Assembly: GCA_964492085.1 (NCBI GenBank)
Contig: CAZBHZ010000001.1
Location: 131,678-195,677, forward strand
Origin: an uncultured Gemmatimonadaceae bacterium
GTDB taxonomy: Bacteria > Gemmatimonadota > Gemmatimonadetes > Longimicrobiales > Gaopeijiaceae
Length of the DNA: 64,000 nt
Direction: 5' to 3'
The position numbers and the translations under genes are program-made. This document shows positions 1 through 9,848 of this stretch, in pieces; the stretch's first letter is position 1; each line of letters begins with the position of its first letter. The notes beneath the pieces are model-generated. The model searched no databases, had not been told where the DNA came from, and saw only the letters and a program-made list of their open reading frames with translations.

Positions 1-1062
1 CTGGCGAAGAAGTACCATCCCGATGCGAACCAGGGCGACGACAAGGCCGCTGAGCGCTTCAAGGAGGTGGGTGAGGCGTACTCCGTTCTCAGCGATCCCC
101 AGAAGCGGAAGCAGTACGACCAGATGCGGAAGCTCGGATCGTTCGGGTTCGGTCCGCGGCCCGGCGGCGGGCGTCCGGGGGGAGCACCCGGCGCCGACCC
201 CGGTTTCTCGTTCGATGACTTCCAGGGCGGGTTCGGCAACATCTCGGACCTCTTCTCCTCGCTGTTCGATCTCGGGAAGAGAGGCCCCGACGGAGCGCCG
301 TCTCCGGGGCCGGCCGGTCAGAAGGCGAGATCGCCCCGGAGGAAGGGCGAGAACGTCGAGTACGTCGTTGAAATCCCGTTCCTCACCGCGGCGAAGGGTG
401 GCAAGATCTCCGTCGACGTCGCGATCACGGAAGACTGTGCGACCTGCGGGGGTGACGGTGCCAAGCCCGGGACGTCGGTCAAACGGTGCGAGGAGTGCAA
501 GGGCTCCGGGAACATCTCGTTCGGCCAGGGTGGGTTCGCGGTCAAGCGTCCGTGCCCGGCGTGCTTCGGTCGCGGCAAGCTACCCGAAACGCCATGCACT
601 TCCTGCTCGGGGCGCGGTGCGGTGCGACAGCAGAGGAAGATTTCCCTGAACGTGCGCCCCGGGGTCGAGACGGGTACCAAGGTGCGTCTTTCGGGGCAGG
701 GCGAACGGGGACGCGCTGGAGGCCCCCCGGGAGACCTGATCATCACCTACAAGGTGAAGCCTCACCGCTTCTTCAAACGGGACGGTCTCGACGTGCACGT
801 CAGCGTTCCGATCAACATCGTGCAGGCCACGCTGGGCTCGAAGATCAAGGTGCGCACGATCTCCGGAAAGCGTGTCGTGTTGACGATCCCGGAGGGGACG
901 CAGTCCGGAACGAAATTCCGGATTCGGAAGCAGGGGATCGAGAAGGCGGACCGCATCGGCGACCAGTTCGTCGAGGTCGTCGTGTCTGTCCCCGACCAGC
1001 TCTCAGAGGAAGACCGGAAGGCGATGGAGGAGTTCGCGGAGGCAAGCGGCCTCAAGCATTAG
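1..1062 (+). CDS. dnaJ: Molecular chaperone DnaJ (5' end outside window)
   Basis: Frame 1 is open from the window edge. Translation reads [23 protein letters not shown] (J-domain HPD motif), then a G/F-rich linker and four CxxCxGxG zinc-finger repeats ([32 protein letters not shown]). Stop at 1060-1062. Confidence 0.9.
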   Translation: MAKKYHPDANQGDDKAAERFKEVGEAYSVLSDPQKRKQYDQMRKLGSFGFGPRPGGGRPGGAPGADPGFSFDDFQGGFGNISDLFSSLFDLGKRGPDGAPSPGPAGQKARSPRRKGENVEYVVEIPFLTAAKGGKISVDVAITEDCATCGGDGAKPGTSVKRCEECKGSGNISFGQGGFAVKRPCPACFGRGKLPETPCTSCSGRGAVRQQRKISLNVRPGVETGTKVRLSGQGERGRAGGPPGDLIITYKVKPHRFFKRDGLDVHVSVPINIVQATLGSKIKVRTISGKRVVLTIPEGTQSGTKFRIRKQGIEKADRIGDQFVEVVVSVPDQLSEEDRKAMEEFAEASGLKH

Positions 1063-1109
1063 CGGCGGCCTGACCAGTCCGCCGAGCCACCCTGAGGCAG
1101 GACCGTCCG

Positions 1110-2174
1110 TTACGCGATTCGACCGCCGCCGAGGACGCGGTCTCCGTCGAAGACGACGGCGGACTGCCCTGGCGTGATGGCTGGCTGGGCATCGCCCAGT
1201 GTCAGCGTCAACTCCGTGCCTACGTCGACCACGGTCGCTGACACCGCGGGTGCTCGGTAGCGCAGCTGTACGCGAACGTCATCACCGGTCGAAGGTGGTG
1301 TCGTCAGCCAGTTCAATTCCCGGACGGTGACCTCCGCTGCGAAGAGTTCGTCTCGCGTGCCGACGACGACTTCCTTCGTATCGGGACGGACCTCGAGGAC
1401 GAACATCGGTTCGGAGAAGCCTCCCCCGAGCCCGCGCCGTTGACCGACCGTGAACCCCGCGAAACCGGCGTGCTCTCCCACGACCTCTCCATCCGACCGA
1501 ACGATGACACCAGGCTCGAGAGCTGGATGAACCGGCCCGAGGCGTTTGCGCAGGAGGTCCCGATAGTCACCGGTCGGTACGAAGCAGATCTCCTGCGATT
1601 CGGGCTTGTCCGCGGTTGCCAGCTCGAGGGCTCGCGCGCGCTCACGGACCTCGGTCTTGGTCAGCTCTCCAACGGGGAAGAGAAGTCGTCGCAGCATCTC
1701 GGGCGGCAGGCCCCAGAGGAAGTACGACTGGTCTTTCCCGTCATCGTGACCGCGACGCAGGGCCGTCTCCTCCGGGCCGTGCTCGACGCGTACGTAATGA
1801 CCCGTGGCGATCCGGTCACATCCGAGTGCCTCACCTCTCACCAGCAGGTCACGAAACTTCGTGTTCGAGTTGCAGCGCACGCACGGATTGGGTGTTCGGC
1901 CGCGGGCGTATTCGGACACGAAGTCGTCGATCACGTCGCGCGTGAAGTCTTCCTCGACGTCGAAGACGTAATGAGAAATGCCGAGCGTCGACGCCACGCG
2001 CTTGGCGTCCATGATCCCGTCCAGGCCACAACACGTCTTGCCGTGCGCGGGGATGTCCGAGTAGCAGAACGTCTTCATGGTCACACCGACCACCTCGTGG
2101 CCTGCGTCGACCAGGAGCGCGGCGGCGACGGAGGAGTCCACGCCCCCGGACATTGCGACGAGAACCCGGCTCAT
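1110..2174 (-). CDS. mnmA: tRNA 2-thiouridine(34) synthase MnmA
   Basis: N-terminal PP-loop VAMSGGVDSS, a conserved NPCVRCN segment and family-typical length (354 aa). Its start overlaps the stop of the upstream desulfurase by 4 nt. Confidence 0.93.
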   Translation of the reverse strand: MSRVLVAMSGGVDSSVAAALLVDAGHEVVGVTMKTFCYSDIPAHGKTCCGLDGIMDAKRVASTLGISHYVFDVEEDFTRDVIDDFVSEYARGRTPNPCVRCNSNTKFRDLLVRGEALGCDRIATGHYVRVEHGPEETALRRGHDDGKDQSYFLWGLPPEMLRRLLFPVGELTKTEVRERARALELATADKPESQEICFVPTGDYRDLLRKRLGPVHPALEPGVIVRSDGEVVGEHAGFAGFTVGQRRGLGGGFSEPMFVLEVRPDTKEVVVGTRDELFAAEVTVRELNWLTTPPSTGDDVRVQLRYRAPAVSATVVDVGTELTLTLGDAQPAITPGQSAVVFDGDRVLGGGRIA

Positions 2175-3322
2175 GCGCTCTTCATCCGGCCCCAGACCTC
2201 GGCGACGGCAGCGGCACCGCGGTCCACCTCATCCTCTGAGGTGTCACGACCGACCGAGAGGCGGACCGTGGCGTACGAGTCGTCCGACCCATAGAGCGCC
2301 GAAATCACGTGGCTCGCGGCTGCGGCACCGGTGTGGCACGCGGACCCGCCGGACGCAGCGACGCCCTCGAGATCGAGTGCGGTGAGGAAGTCGGCCCCGT
2401 TGCGGATGGCGGGCAGGCCCAGACTGAGCACATGGGGCGCGCGCGGAGCGTCGCCGCAGTTCACCCTCAGCCCCGGAATGGAGTCGATGAGGCGTGCTTC
2501 AAGCCGGTCGCGCAGGGCCGCCATCCGTGCCCCCGATGCATCGAGATCGCGGACGGCCAGATGAATCGCCTCCGCCAGGCCGACGGCTCCGGCGACGTCC
2601 TCGGTCCCGGGACGCAGCGATCGCTCCTGCCCGCCTCCGAAGATCAAGGGCTCGACCTCGATTCCGTCACGCACGAACAGCACGCCGCAGCCACGGGGCC
2701 CCCCGAGCTTGTGTCCGGTCGCGGTCAGCAGGTCGACCTCGACCGTTCCCAGGTCGATCGGAACCTTTCCCAGGGCCTGGGATGCATCCGTGTGCACGAC
2801 GGTTCGAGTCGTCCGGGCCCACGACACGACCCGGTCGATCGGTAGCAACATCCCGGTCTCGTTGTTGGCCCACATGACGGATACGAGCGAAGGGCGGGCG
2901 TCCAGCTCGCTGGAGACCCGGTCCAGATCGAGCGTACCGTCCGGGGTCACGGGGATCACGCGCAACTCGGCCTCTCCTCGCGCTGCGAGCCACTCGGCGG
3001 GCTCGAGAACTGCGCTGTGCTCGATCGCCGACGTGAGCGTGACGGGTGTCGCCCCGTCACGGGCGAGTGCCCGGGCACCACCAATGATCGCGAGGTTGTC
3101 CGACTCCGTTCCGCCCCGGACGAAGCGCACCTCGGATGGGCGCGCGCCGATCGCCGAGGCGAGCCGGGCTCGTGCGTTCTCGAGCGCCGCCGAGGCGTCC
3201 TGCCCCCACCGATGTGCGCTGGACGGGTTCCCGAAACGGGCCGTCAGATACGGCTGCATGGCGGCGACGACATCGGCCCGGAGGGGTGTCGTGGCTGCGT
3301 GGTCGAGATAAGCGGTGGACAT
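2171..3322 (-). CDS. Cysteine desulfurase (NifS/IscS/YrvO type, class V aminotransferase)
   Basis: Family N-terminus MSTAYLDHAATTP, PLP-lysine context ATGHKLGGPRG, and active-site cysteine in SGGSACH. The listed ORF runs to 3613, but its first 97 aa are Arg-rich and atypical, so I use the ATG at 3320-3322. Confidence 0.88.
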   Translation of the reverse strand: MSTAYLDHAATTPLRADVVAAMQPYLTARFGNPSSAHRWGQDASAALENARARLASAIGARPSEVRFVRGGTESDNLAIIGGARALARDGATPVTLTSAIEHSAVLEPAEWLAARGEAELRVIPVTPDGTLDLDRVSSELDARPSLVSVMWANNETGMLLPIDRVVSWARTTRTVVHTDASQALGKVPIDLGTVEVDLLTATGHKLGGPRGCGVLFVRDGIEVEPLIFGGGQERSLRPGTEDVAGAVGLAEAIHLAVRDLDASGARMAALRDRLEARLIDSIPGLRVNCGDAPRAPHVLSLGLPAIRNGADFLTALDLEGVAASGGSACHTGAAAASHVISALYGSDDSYATVRLSVGRDTSEDEVDRGAAAVAEVWGRMKSA

Positions 3323-3412
3323 GCGAAAGAGCTGATTTGCCTGGGGTGAAGCGACCCGTAAGTTAATCGGGCCGGGCCGAGCGCCCACCACGTTACCCCA
3401 CGCGGAGTGTCG

Positions 3413-3754
3413 ATGCCGCGAACGTCCCCGCCGTTTCCAGCCGGACAGCCGACGAACTTCCGGGCGACGGTGCACGGGACCGTGTTCGCGGGACGGGATC
3501 GACACGTCGATGGCCTTCACGACGGTGACGTCGTTCGGCTCGTTGCGGATCCGCCGGTTCAAGATGACCCGGAGGTCTGGGTTCACACGGCGGCCGGTGA
3601 GCCGATTGGCCACCTTCCGCCGGATGTCTGCTGGTGGCTGTGGCCGTGGATGTCGAGCGGAGGCGTGGCGACTGCGGTCACCCTGCGTGTTCGAGGGGCC
3701 GAGGTGCCGTCGTGGCGCAGGCTGCTTCTCGAGGTCTCCTGCATGACCACGTAA
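3413..3754 (+). CDS. Small stand-alone HIRAN-domain-like protein
   Basis: The pattern GDVVRLVADPPVQDDPEVWVHTAAGEPIGHLPPDV..WLWPWM..GG..ATAVTLRVRG resembles the HIRAN fold signature (xL.REP.NP.D.nAv.V....G..iGylP.e.a..L). GGAG at 3404-3407 precedes the ATG at 3413; the ORF-track start 3407 is GTG. Confidence 0.45.
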   Translation: MPRTSPPFPAGQPTNFRATVHGTVFAGRDRHVDGLHDGDVVRLVADPPVQDDPEVWVHTAAGEPIGHLPPDVCWWLWPWMSSGGVATAVTLRVRGAEVPSWRRLLLEVSCMTT

Positions 3755-3757
3755 GCA

Positions 3758-4492
3758 TCAGAAGGTCGACACACCGAGCTCCGAGAGCTCATCGACCTCC
3801 ATCGTCTCGTCGATCCGGAACGGCTCACCGTAGCGCACGCGGATCAGGGACCCGTAATGCGCCGTCTTCGCCCGGATCTGCGCGATGAGGTCACGACTCC
3901 CGCCGGGGAACACCTCACCCGCCTGAACTGCACCGTCGAACTGAGATCCGTACGCGGCGATCGCATCAAGCTTCCGATCCATCTGCTCGGTGATATCGAC
4001 CACGAAATCCGGTGGGTCCGCGTCCTCTCGGAACGCGGTGGCGTAGACGAGCTTGTGCGGCCGAAAGGGCTCACCGGGGACGTCCAGCTTACGCAGGGCC
4101 GAGAGGAAGCACGCGTCTCGCACGAGTTCCGAAGCGATGCGGTGGTCCCGGTGGCGCCCGACGGTCCAGTGCGTGATGACCACGCGAGGTCGGAAGGCCC
4201 GGATCAGCGCTGCGACGACGAGTCGCGAGTCGTGGTCGTTCTGGAGGTTCGAGTCGGGAAGCTCGGCGCAGGCACGGATCGCGAGACCCATCTGCGCACC
4301 AGCGTTCGCGGCTTCCCGTGCCCGGGTTCCCGCGGAGCCGGCGCTTCCCATCTCCCCAGCGGTCAGGTCTACGATCCCGACCCGCTTTCCTCGTGAGGCA
4401 CTCTTGATGAGCGTGCCCCCGCAGAGGAGCTCGGCGTCGTCCGGATGGGCCATGATCGCCAGGAGATCGAGCGGCGCGTCCAGTTCAACCAT
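3758..4492 (-). CDS. PIG-L/LmbE family N-acetylglucosaminyl deacetylase, BshB1-like
   Basis: Motifs AHPDDAELLCGG and GRHRDH, plus an overall layout like the bacillithiol deacetylase BshB1. It starts 3 nt after the stop of the upstream permease gene. Confidence 0.7.
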   Translation of the reverse strand: MVELDAPLDLLAIMAHPDDAELLCGGTLIKSASRGKRVGIVDLTAGEMGSAGSAGTRAREAANAGAQMGLAIRACAELPDSNLQNDHDSRLVVAALIRAFRPRVVITHWTVGRHRDHRIASELVRDACFLSALRKLDVPGEPFRPHKLVYATAFREDADPPDFVVDITEQMDRKLDAIAAYGSQFDGAVQAGEVFPGGSRDLIAQIRAKTAHYGSLIRVRYGEPFRIDETMEVDELSELGVSTF

Positions 4493-4495
4493 GGG

Positions 4496-5815
4496 CTATT
4501 CGTATCTCAGGGCCACCACGGGTTCGAGGCGCGCGGCCCGGTATGCGGGAAGGAGTCCAAACAGCATACCGGTCCCCGCAGCCATGCCCAAGGCCGCGAC
4601 GACGGCCCAGGTGGGGATTTCGGCAGGGACGGGGCTGAGGGCGGCCACGATCTCGGCCATGCCCCAACCGATGAGTAGACCGGTCCCGGCGCCCGCGGAC
4701 GTCAGGAGAGACGCCTCGACGAGGAACTGCCACAGAATCTCGCGCCGCGTGGCGCCGATCGCCTTACGCACACCGATCTCGCGGGTCCGCTCCGTGACCG
4801 AGATGAGCATGATACCGATGACGCCTACGCCGCCCACGAGCAACCCTGCGGATGCGAGGAGAAGGATCACGAGGAAGAAGACTCCCGTGAGCTGATTGAA
4901 GATGTCCGCGATCTGCTGCGAGGAGGTGATCGCGAAGTCGTTCTCCTCTCGCGGGCCCAATCCGCGCATCCCACGCATGGCCGCGATGACATCGTCCTTG
5001 GCTCGATCCGCAGACACACCCTCCTCCGGAACGACCAGGATCTGGGCCTGGAACTTGTTGTGCCGAAGCCGCCGGATCGAGGCGGTCCACGGAAAAATCG
5101 CCCAGTTTTGGAGGGCGGCGGAGAAGATGTTCTCCTCGGGCTGGTACACACCGATCACCGTGAACGGCTCCTGCGTCCCTCGGAATACGTTGCCGACCCG
5201 TACGCGCCGCCCTACGGGATCCTGCTGACCGAAGAGCTGCTCGGCCAGGCCCGAGGAGAGGACGACGACCGCTCGGTTCTGCTGCACCTCGGCCGGTGTG
5301 AAGTCACGCCCGACGACGAAGTCGCCTACCTGATAGGCAGACCAGCCCGCCGATGACCCCTGCGCGAGAACGTTCTGCATCTCCTCGCTCTGGTACGCGA
5401 TGTCGACCTGGAATTGTGTCAGGTCGTACAGAGCGTCGGAGACGGAGGGAAGGGATTCGATACGACGTGCTTCCTCGGGCTCGATCACCGGCTTGCCCCA
5501 CCAGGGAGGGCGGGCACCGTCGTCGCTGATCGTGATCGCAGTGAAGTCGAAACGTGTGACGACGAAGTTGTCGGGGCCGGCCGCCTCGAACGCCTCCAGC
5601 ACGCTGGAGCGGAGACCGGTCATGAGGGCGCCGAACGCGACCACGACGGAGACGCCGACCGCGACCCCCATGACCGTCAGGACCGACCTCAGGAGATTCG
5701 CGCGCATGGCCTCCCATGCGATCAGGAAGCCCTCGGTCAGGGCCGACAGTCCACTCGCACCCCGTGGCGGGCGATCGTCGCCCATCCCAGCGCGGGTCCG
5801 TCTACCCTCGCTCAT
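4496..5815 (-). CDS. ABC transporter permease, MacB/FtsX-like (no ATPase domain)
   Basis: N-terminal TM helix (LLRSVLTVMGVAVGVSVVVA), a large extracytoplasmic domain, and a C-terminal FtsX module with ERTREIGVRKAIGA and a VVALRYE tail. ATGA overlap with the upstream paralogue. Confidence 0.85.
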   Translation of the reverse strand: MSEGRRTRAGMGDDRPPRGASGLSALTEGFLIAWEAMRANLLRSVLTVMGVAVGVSVVVAFGALMTGLRSSVLEAFEAAGPDNFVVTRFDFTAITISDDGARPPWWGKPVIEPEEARRIESLPSVSDALYDLTQFQVDIAYQSEEMQNVLAQGSSAGWSAYQVGDFVVGRDFTPAEVQQNRAVVVLSSGLAEQLFGQQDPVGRRVRVGNVFRGTQEPFTVIGVYQPEENIFSAALQNWAIFPWTASIRRLRHNKFQAQILVVPEEGVSADRAKDDVIAAMRGMRGLGPREENDFAITSSQQIADIFNQLTGVFFLVILLLASAGLLVGGVGVIGIMLISVTERTREIGVRKAIGATRREILWQFLVEASLLTSAGAGTGLLIGWGMAEIVAALSPVPAEIPTWAVVAALGMAAGTGMLFGLLPAYRAARLEPVVALRYE

Positions 5816-7053
5816 TCATACCTCAGCGCATCGACGGGATCGAGCTTCGACGCCTGGGACGCCGGGTAGACGCCGGCGATGACTCCGACCGTGAGGCCCA
5901 GGGTGACTCCGAGCGTGATCCACCTTGGCGCGACGGCTGCGGGAATGACGGACACGGCTTCGATCGCCTTGGCGATCGTGAGGCCGACGGCCACCCCGAA
6001 TGCAGCTCCAACGGTGGAGAGCGTCGCGGACTCGATGAGCACTTGGGTCAGGATATCGCGGCGGCGAGCCCCGAGGGCCTTTCGCACGCCGATCTCACGG
6101 GTCCGCTCCATCACCGAGACGAGCATGATGTTCATGATCACGATCCCGCCGACCACCAGCGAAATCGAGACGAGCATTGGTAGTGCCGTGAAGAGAATCC
6201 GGGAGATTGTGTTCCAGAAGCTGATCGCCTCGTCCGCCGTTTCGAGGGCGAAATTGGCTTCTTCCGTTGGTCGTAGCTGACGGCGTGACCGCATGATGCC
6301 CTCGGCCTCCAGCTGGATGTCACGCAACTGGTCCGGGTTCACCGCCTGAAGAATGACCGAGTCGATGTATCCCCGTGGCGCGGTGATGGCTCGCGCCGGA
6401 GACTTCGCGGGAACGAAGACCTGATTGTCGAGCGACTGACCGAAGAGCGAGCCCTGCTCCTCGAGGACTCCGATGACCCGGTACGGAAAGCCGCGGATCC
6501 GAAGGGAGCGCCCCAGCGGCTCCAGACCCTCGAAGACGCGATCCGCCGTCTCGAAGCCGATCACGACGACCGGCGCACCGTTCTCCGCTTCCTGAGGCGA
6601 AAATGCACGCCCGATTTCGATTTCAAGGTCCCTGATCTCGAAGATCTCGGCATCCGCGGCCACGAGGCGCACACCGCCCGCCGTACGCCCATTGTCGCCG
6701 ACGACACTCGTGCCGGCGTCGCTCTCGACCGAGACCCGGGTGGGGAGGGTGAGGCGCTCACGAAGAACGTCGGCATCATCGAACGTCAGACGCGGGCGGC
6801 GAGCGATGGCACGACGCTCTTCGCGGCTCCGGTTGATATTGACGGACTCGGCTCGGCGGAGTGTGACGGTGTTCACGCCGAAGATTTGCGAGGTGAAGTC
6901 CTCCCGGACGTACCGATCCAGACCCTCGACGACCGTGACCACTACGATGAGGAACATCACGCCCAGGATCACGCCGAGCAGGCTGAAGAACGATTTCAGC
7001 TTCTCCGAGCGAATCTGCTGGAACGCGAGCGCGATCCCCTCCCAGAGATGCAT
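5812..7053 (-). CDS. ABC transporter permease, MacB/FtsX-like (no ATPase domain)
   Basis: Same architecture as 4496..5815: ERTREIGVRKALGA and a VDALRYE tail, N-terminal helix FFSLLGVILGVMFLIVVV. A paralogue of the downstream gene. Confidence 0.85.
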   Translation of the reverse strand: MHLWEGIALAFQQIRSEKLKSFFSLLGVILGVMFLIVVVTVVEGLDRYVREDFTSQIFGVNTVTLRRAESVNINRSREERRAIARRPRLTFDDADVLRERLTLPTRVSVESDAGTSVVGDNGRTAGGVRLVAADAEIFEIRDLEIEIGRAFSPQEAENGAPVVVIGFETADRVFEGLEPLGRSLRIRGFPYRVIGVLEEQGSLFGQSLDNQVFVPAKSPARAITAPRGYIDSVILQAVNPDQLRDIQLEAEGIMRSRRQLRPTEEANFALETADEAISFWNTISRILFTALPMLVSISLVVGGIVIMNIMLVSVMERTREIGVRKALGARRRDILTQVLIESATLSTVGAAFGVAVGLTIAKAIEAVSVIPAAVAPRWITLGVTLGLTVGVIAGVYPASQASKLDPVDALRYE

Positions 7054-7055
7054 CG

Positions 7056-8318
7056 CTAGTTCTCGTCGTCCTCGCTCGTACCGTCTTCGTCGAGAACGGT
7101 GATCACGTCACCCTCGCGGAGCTGTCGGATTCGCTGGTACGGGCCCGCCACCACGACGTCCCCGGCGGACAGGCCGGAGAGCACCTCGAAGTACTCCTGG
7201 CCAGCGATCCCGACCTCGATCGGCTGAAAAGTGACCACTTCGTCCTCCCCGACGAGAAAGACGCCCTCCACATCCGTGGGCAGCGAGCCGTCGGCGGCGA
7301 CCTCGATGTCACCCTCGACCTCGTCTGCGTCCCGTACCGTGAGTGCGATGATCGGGACGGCGACGACGTCGGAACGGGACTCGACGACGATGTCTGCCGT
7401 AGCCGACAGGTCGGGGCGGAGCGGTGCGTCGGTCTCGTCGAGGGTCAGGACGACCTCGAAGTCGATGGCGGCCTGCTGGTTGCCCTGCTGCTGGCTTGGG
7501 GGGTTGATCGCCGAATTGCCGATTTCCGTCACCCTGCCAGAGAACTCCCGGTCGGGGAACGCGTCGATCCGAATCGCGGCGCTGTCGCCCAGGGCGATCT
7601 CCGACACCTCGGTTTCGTCGACCTGGACGACGACCTCGATGACCGTGAGGTCAGAGATCGTGAGTACGAGCGATCCCGGGTTGTTCATCGTTCCGATAAT
7701 GACCGTCTCTCCCTCCTCGACGTTCAATCGGGTGACCTTCCCGGCCATCGGAGCGGTGAAGATCGTCTTGGAGAGCCGGTCCTCGGCCTCGTCCACCCCC
7801 GCCTGTGCCTGGGATACCCCGTAGCGCGCCGATTCCAGGAGCTGCGTCTGCACCTCGACCTGCGTCTCGGCGTCGTCGAGCTGCTGCCGACTCACGAGAA
7901 GCGAGTCACGGGCCCTCAACTGCACCAGACGATCGCGGTCTCGCGTGGCCTGGGTCAGGCTTGCCCGCTGCTGGCCCTGTTGCGCCTGGGCCTGAGCGAG
8001 TTGGGCCTCCGCCCGGGAGAGAGCGGCCCGGTACTGATCCGGCTCGAGGCGGAGGAGGGTCTGGCCGGCGTTGACGTCTTCCCCTTCGTCGATGAGAAGC
8101 TCGGTCACCCGGGCGGACACATCGGACGAGATGTCCACGGTCCGACGGGCACGGATGTTTCCGCTTGCCGTTACGATCTCGATCAGATCACGTGTCTCGA
8201 TCGCTTCGGTGCGGACCTCGATGCCTCCTTCCCGACCTCGCATGACGGAGAGAACCGCAGCGGAGCCGAGTACTGCGACGACAACGATGCCGATGATGAT
8301 CTTCGAACGATTCTCCAT
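7056..8318 (-). CDS. Efflux transporter periplasmic adaptor subunit (HlyD/MacA family)
   Basis: N-terminal membrane anchor, a long coiled-coil hairpin (RAALSRAEAQLAQAQAQQ...) and beta-barrel/lipoyl-like segments typical of membrane fusion proteins. It sits between the TolC-like and permease genes. Confidence 0.85.
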   Translation of the reverse strand: MENRSKIIIGIVVVAVLGSAAVLSVMRGREGGIEVRTEAIETRDLIEIVTASGNIRARRTVDISSDVSARVTELLIDEGEDVNAGQTLLRLEPDQYRAALSRAEAQLAQAQAQQGQQRASLTQATRDRDRLVQLRARDSLLVSRQQLDDAETQVEVQTQLLESARYGVSQAQAGVDEAEDRLSKTIFTAPMAGKVTRLNVEEGETVIIGTMNNPGSLVLTISDLTVIEVVVQVDETEVSEIALGDSAAIRIDAFPDREFSGRVTEIGNSAINPPSQQQGNQQAAIDFEVVLTLDETDAPLRPDLSATADIVVESRSDVVAVPIIALTVRDADEVEGDIEVAADGSLPTDVEGVFLVGEDEVVTFQPIEVGIAGQEYFEVLSGLSAGDVVVAGPYQRIRQLREGDVITVLDEDGTSEDDEN

Positions 8319-8327
8319 GAGGTCGCG

Positions 8328-9848
8328 TCAGTTCTGAGAGCGTAGGGAGGCGCCGACGAGTGCCTCGAGATTGGTGACGGCGTCGTGATAGGCGAAAACG
8401 GCGACGGTACGATCCGCGTCGGCCTGTGCCGAGAGGGTCTGTGCGTCGACGAGTTCGACGAAGGTGATCGCGCCGAGCTGATATCGCTCGCGCGCGAGAT
8501 TCAACTGCTGCTCGGCCAGGTCGCGGTTCCGCTCCTCGAGCAGGGCACTCTGGTAGGCGGTTCGGACGTTCTCCAGCCCGATCGCGAGGTCGGCCTGAAC
8601 CGAGAGCTCCTGCTCGCGGATCTGTTGCGAGAGATCCTCCCGCTGGAGGCGTGCCGCTTCGACGTTTCTCTGGCGACTGAGGCCCGAGAAGATGGGAATA
8701 CTCACCGTCATGCGGAAACTCGGCGGCGAGCCCACAAAGTTGAACGGGAACTGATCGTTGCCGGAGATGATCGCGTTGCGGTCCGCATCCGTGAACGTGT
8801 ACTGGCTGCAGTCCTGGGCGGGCAGAGGGTTGGCCAGACGGGAATACAACTCGTTCGTGAAGAAGCAGTTCGAAATCGCCGACTGGATCTGCGCCTCCTG
8901 CTGCGCGATCTGGAAGGTGGTGCTGCTCGCCTCCCGGGTGAATCCGCTCCACCCCGTCGCCAGGTTGAGGCTTGGCATGTACTGGGACCACGCCGAACGG
9001 ACACCTATGTCGGCGGCCTCCCACGACGACCGGCGGCGCTGGAGCTCGGGGTTCCCGCCGACGGCCATGGTGGAAAGCTGAGTGAGATCCCATGTCGGTT
9101 CGGTCAGCTCGAACTGAGTCACCGTCTCGAAATCCTGATCGACCGGAAGCCCGAGAAGCTGAAGCAGCCGCATCCGCGATGTCGTGTAACGGTTCCTGGT
9201 CTGCAGGACGTTGACCTCGGAGCGTCCTACCTGGACTTCGGCCTGACCGACGTCGATCGGTGTTACCTGACCGACTTCGAGCTGGCCCTGAGCGAGTCGC
9301 AGGTTGAAGCGGGCGTTCTCCAGCTGCTGCTCGGCGATCCGGACCCCATCTCCCTGACGGAGCAGCTCCACGTACGCCGTCGTGACCTGCTGAACCAGGT
9401 TCGACTCGGCCACGCCGATCCCGGCGAGGGTCGAGCGCCGCTCCGCCTTCGTCTGCTTCGGCCCGAGAATCGTCGCCCAGGTCAGGGAGTAGTTGAGGCC
9501 GAGGGAATAGCTCGATCCATAGTAGGATGGTTGGTCCGTGAAGCCGAGATCGCCCAGAGTGAGACTTCCGGGAAGCTGCGTCTCCCCGGACCCCTGCCAG
9601 CTCAGCCCGCCGGACGCACTCGCGCTGGGCAGAAGCTGCCCCCACGCCTGTCGCACGTTCCAGTCGGCGAGTGCCTCGTCATTCCGTGTCTGAAGGAAGC
9701 TCGGATTGGCCGACCGGGCGATCTCGATGGCTTCGGCCAGCGAAAGCCGTGCCGGGACGCGATCCTGGGCCTCCAGTGACAGAGGCGCCAGGAGCGCGGA
9801 AAGGTAGACCAGCAATCCGAGGCGTTTCGTCATCCTCACGGACCTCAT
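8328..9848 (-). CDS. TolC family outer membrane efflux protein
   Basis: Signal-peptide-like N-terminus (MTKRLGLLVYLSALLAPLSLEAQD) and two repeated halves rich in coiled-coil segments (LAEAIEIA..NP.., LNLARERYQLG). The start is uncertain: TTG 9860, ATG 9848 or ATG 9833. Confidence 0.85.
   Translation of the reverse strand: MRSVRMTKRLGLLVYLSALLAPLSLEAQDRVPARLSLAEAIEIARSANPSFLQTRNDEALADWNVRQAWGQLLPSASASGGLSWQGSGETQLPGSLTLGDLGFTDQPSYYGSSYSLGLNYSLTWATILGPKQTKAERRSTLAGIGVAESNLVQQVTTAYVELLRQGDGVRIAEQQLENARFNLRLAQGQLEVGQVTPIDVGQAEVQVGRSEVNVLQTRNRYTTSRMRLLQLLGLPVDQDFETVTQFELTEPTWDLTQLSTMAVGGNPELQRRRSSWEAADIGVRSAWSQYMPSLNLATGWSGFTREASSTTFQIAQQEAQIQSAISNCFFTNELYSRLANPLPAQDCSQYTFTDADRNAIISGNDQFPFNFVGSPPSFRMTVSIPIFSGLSRQRNVEAARLQREDLSQQIREQELSVQADLAIGLENVRTAYQSALLEERNRDLAEQQLNLARERYQLGAITFVELVDAQTLSAQADADRTVAVFAYHDAVTNLEALVGASLRSQN

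Noticed and set aside
3323-3613. N-terminal 97-aa extension of the cysteine desulfurase ORF. Analogous upstream extensions occur in listed ORFs at 15821-16183, 19096-19329, 24449-24649, 34944-35750, 49210-49725, 52762-52998 and 61497-61568.
   Set aside because: The family N-termini begin at internal ATG/GTG codons, which often form ATGA/GTGA overlaps with the preceding gene. The extensions are Arg-rich and overlap neighbouring genes.
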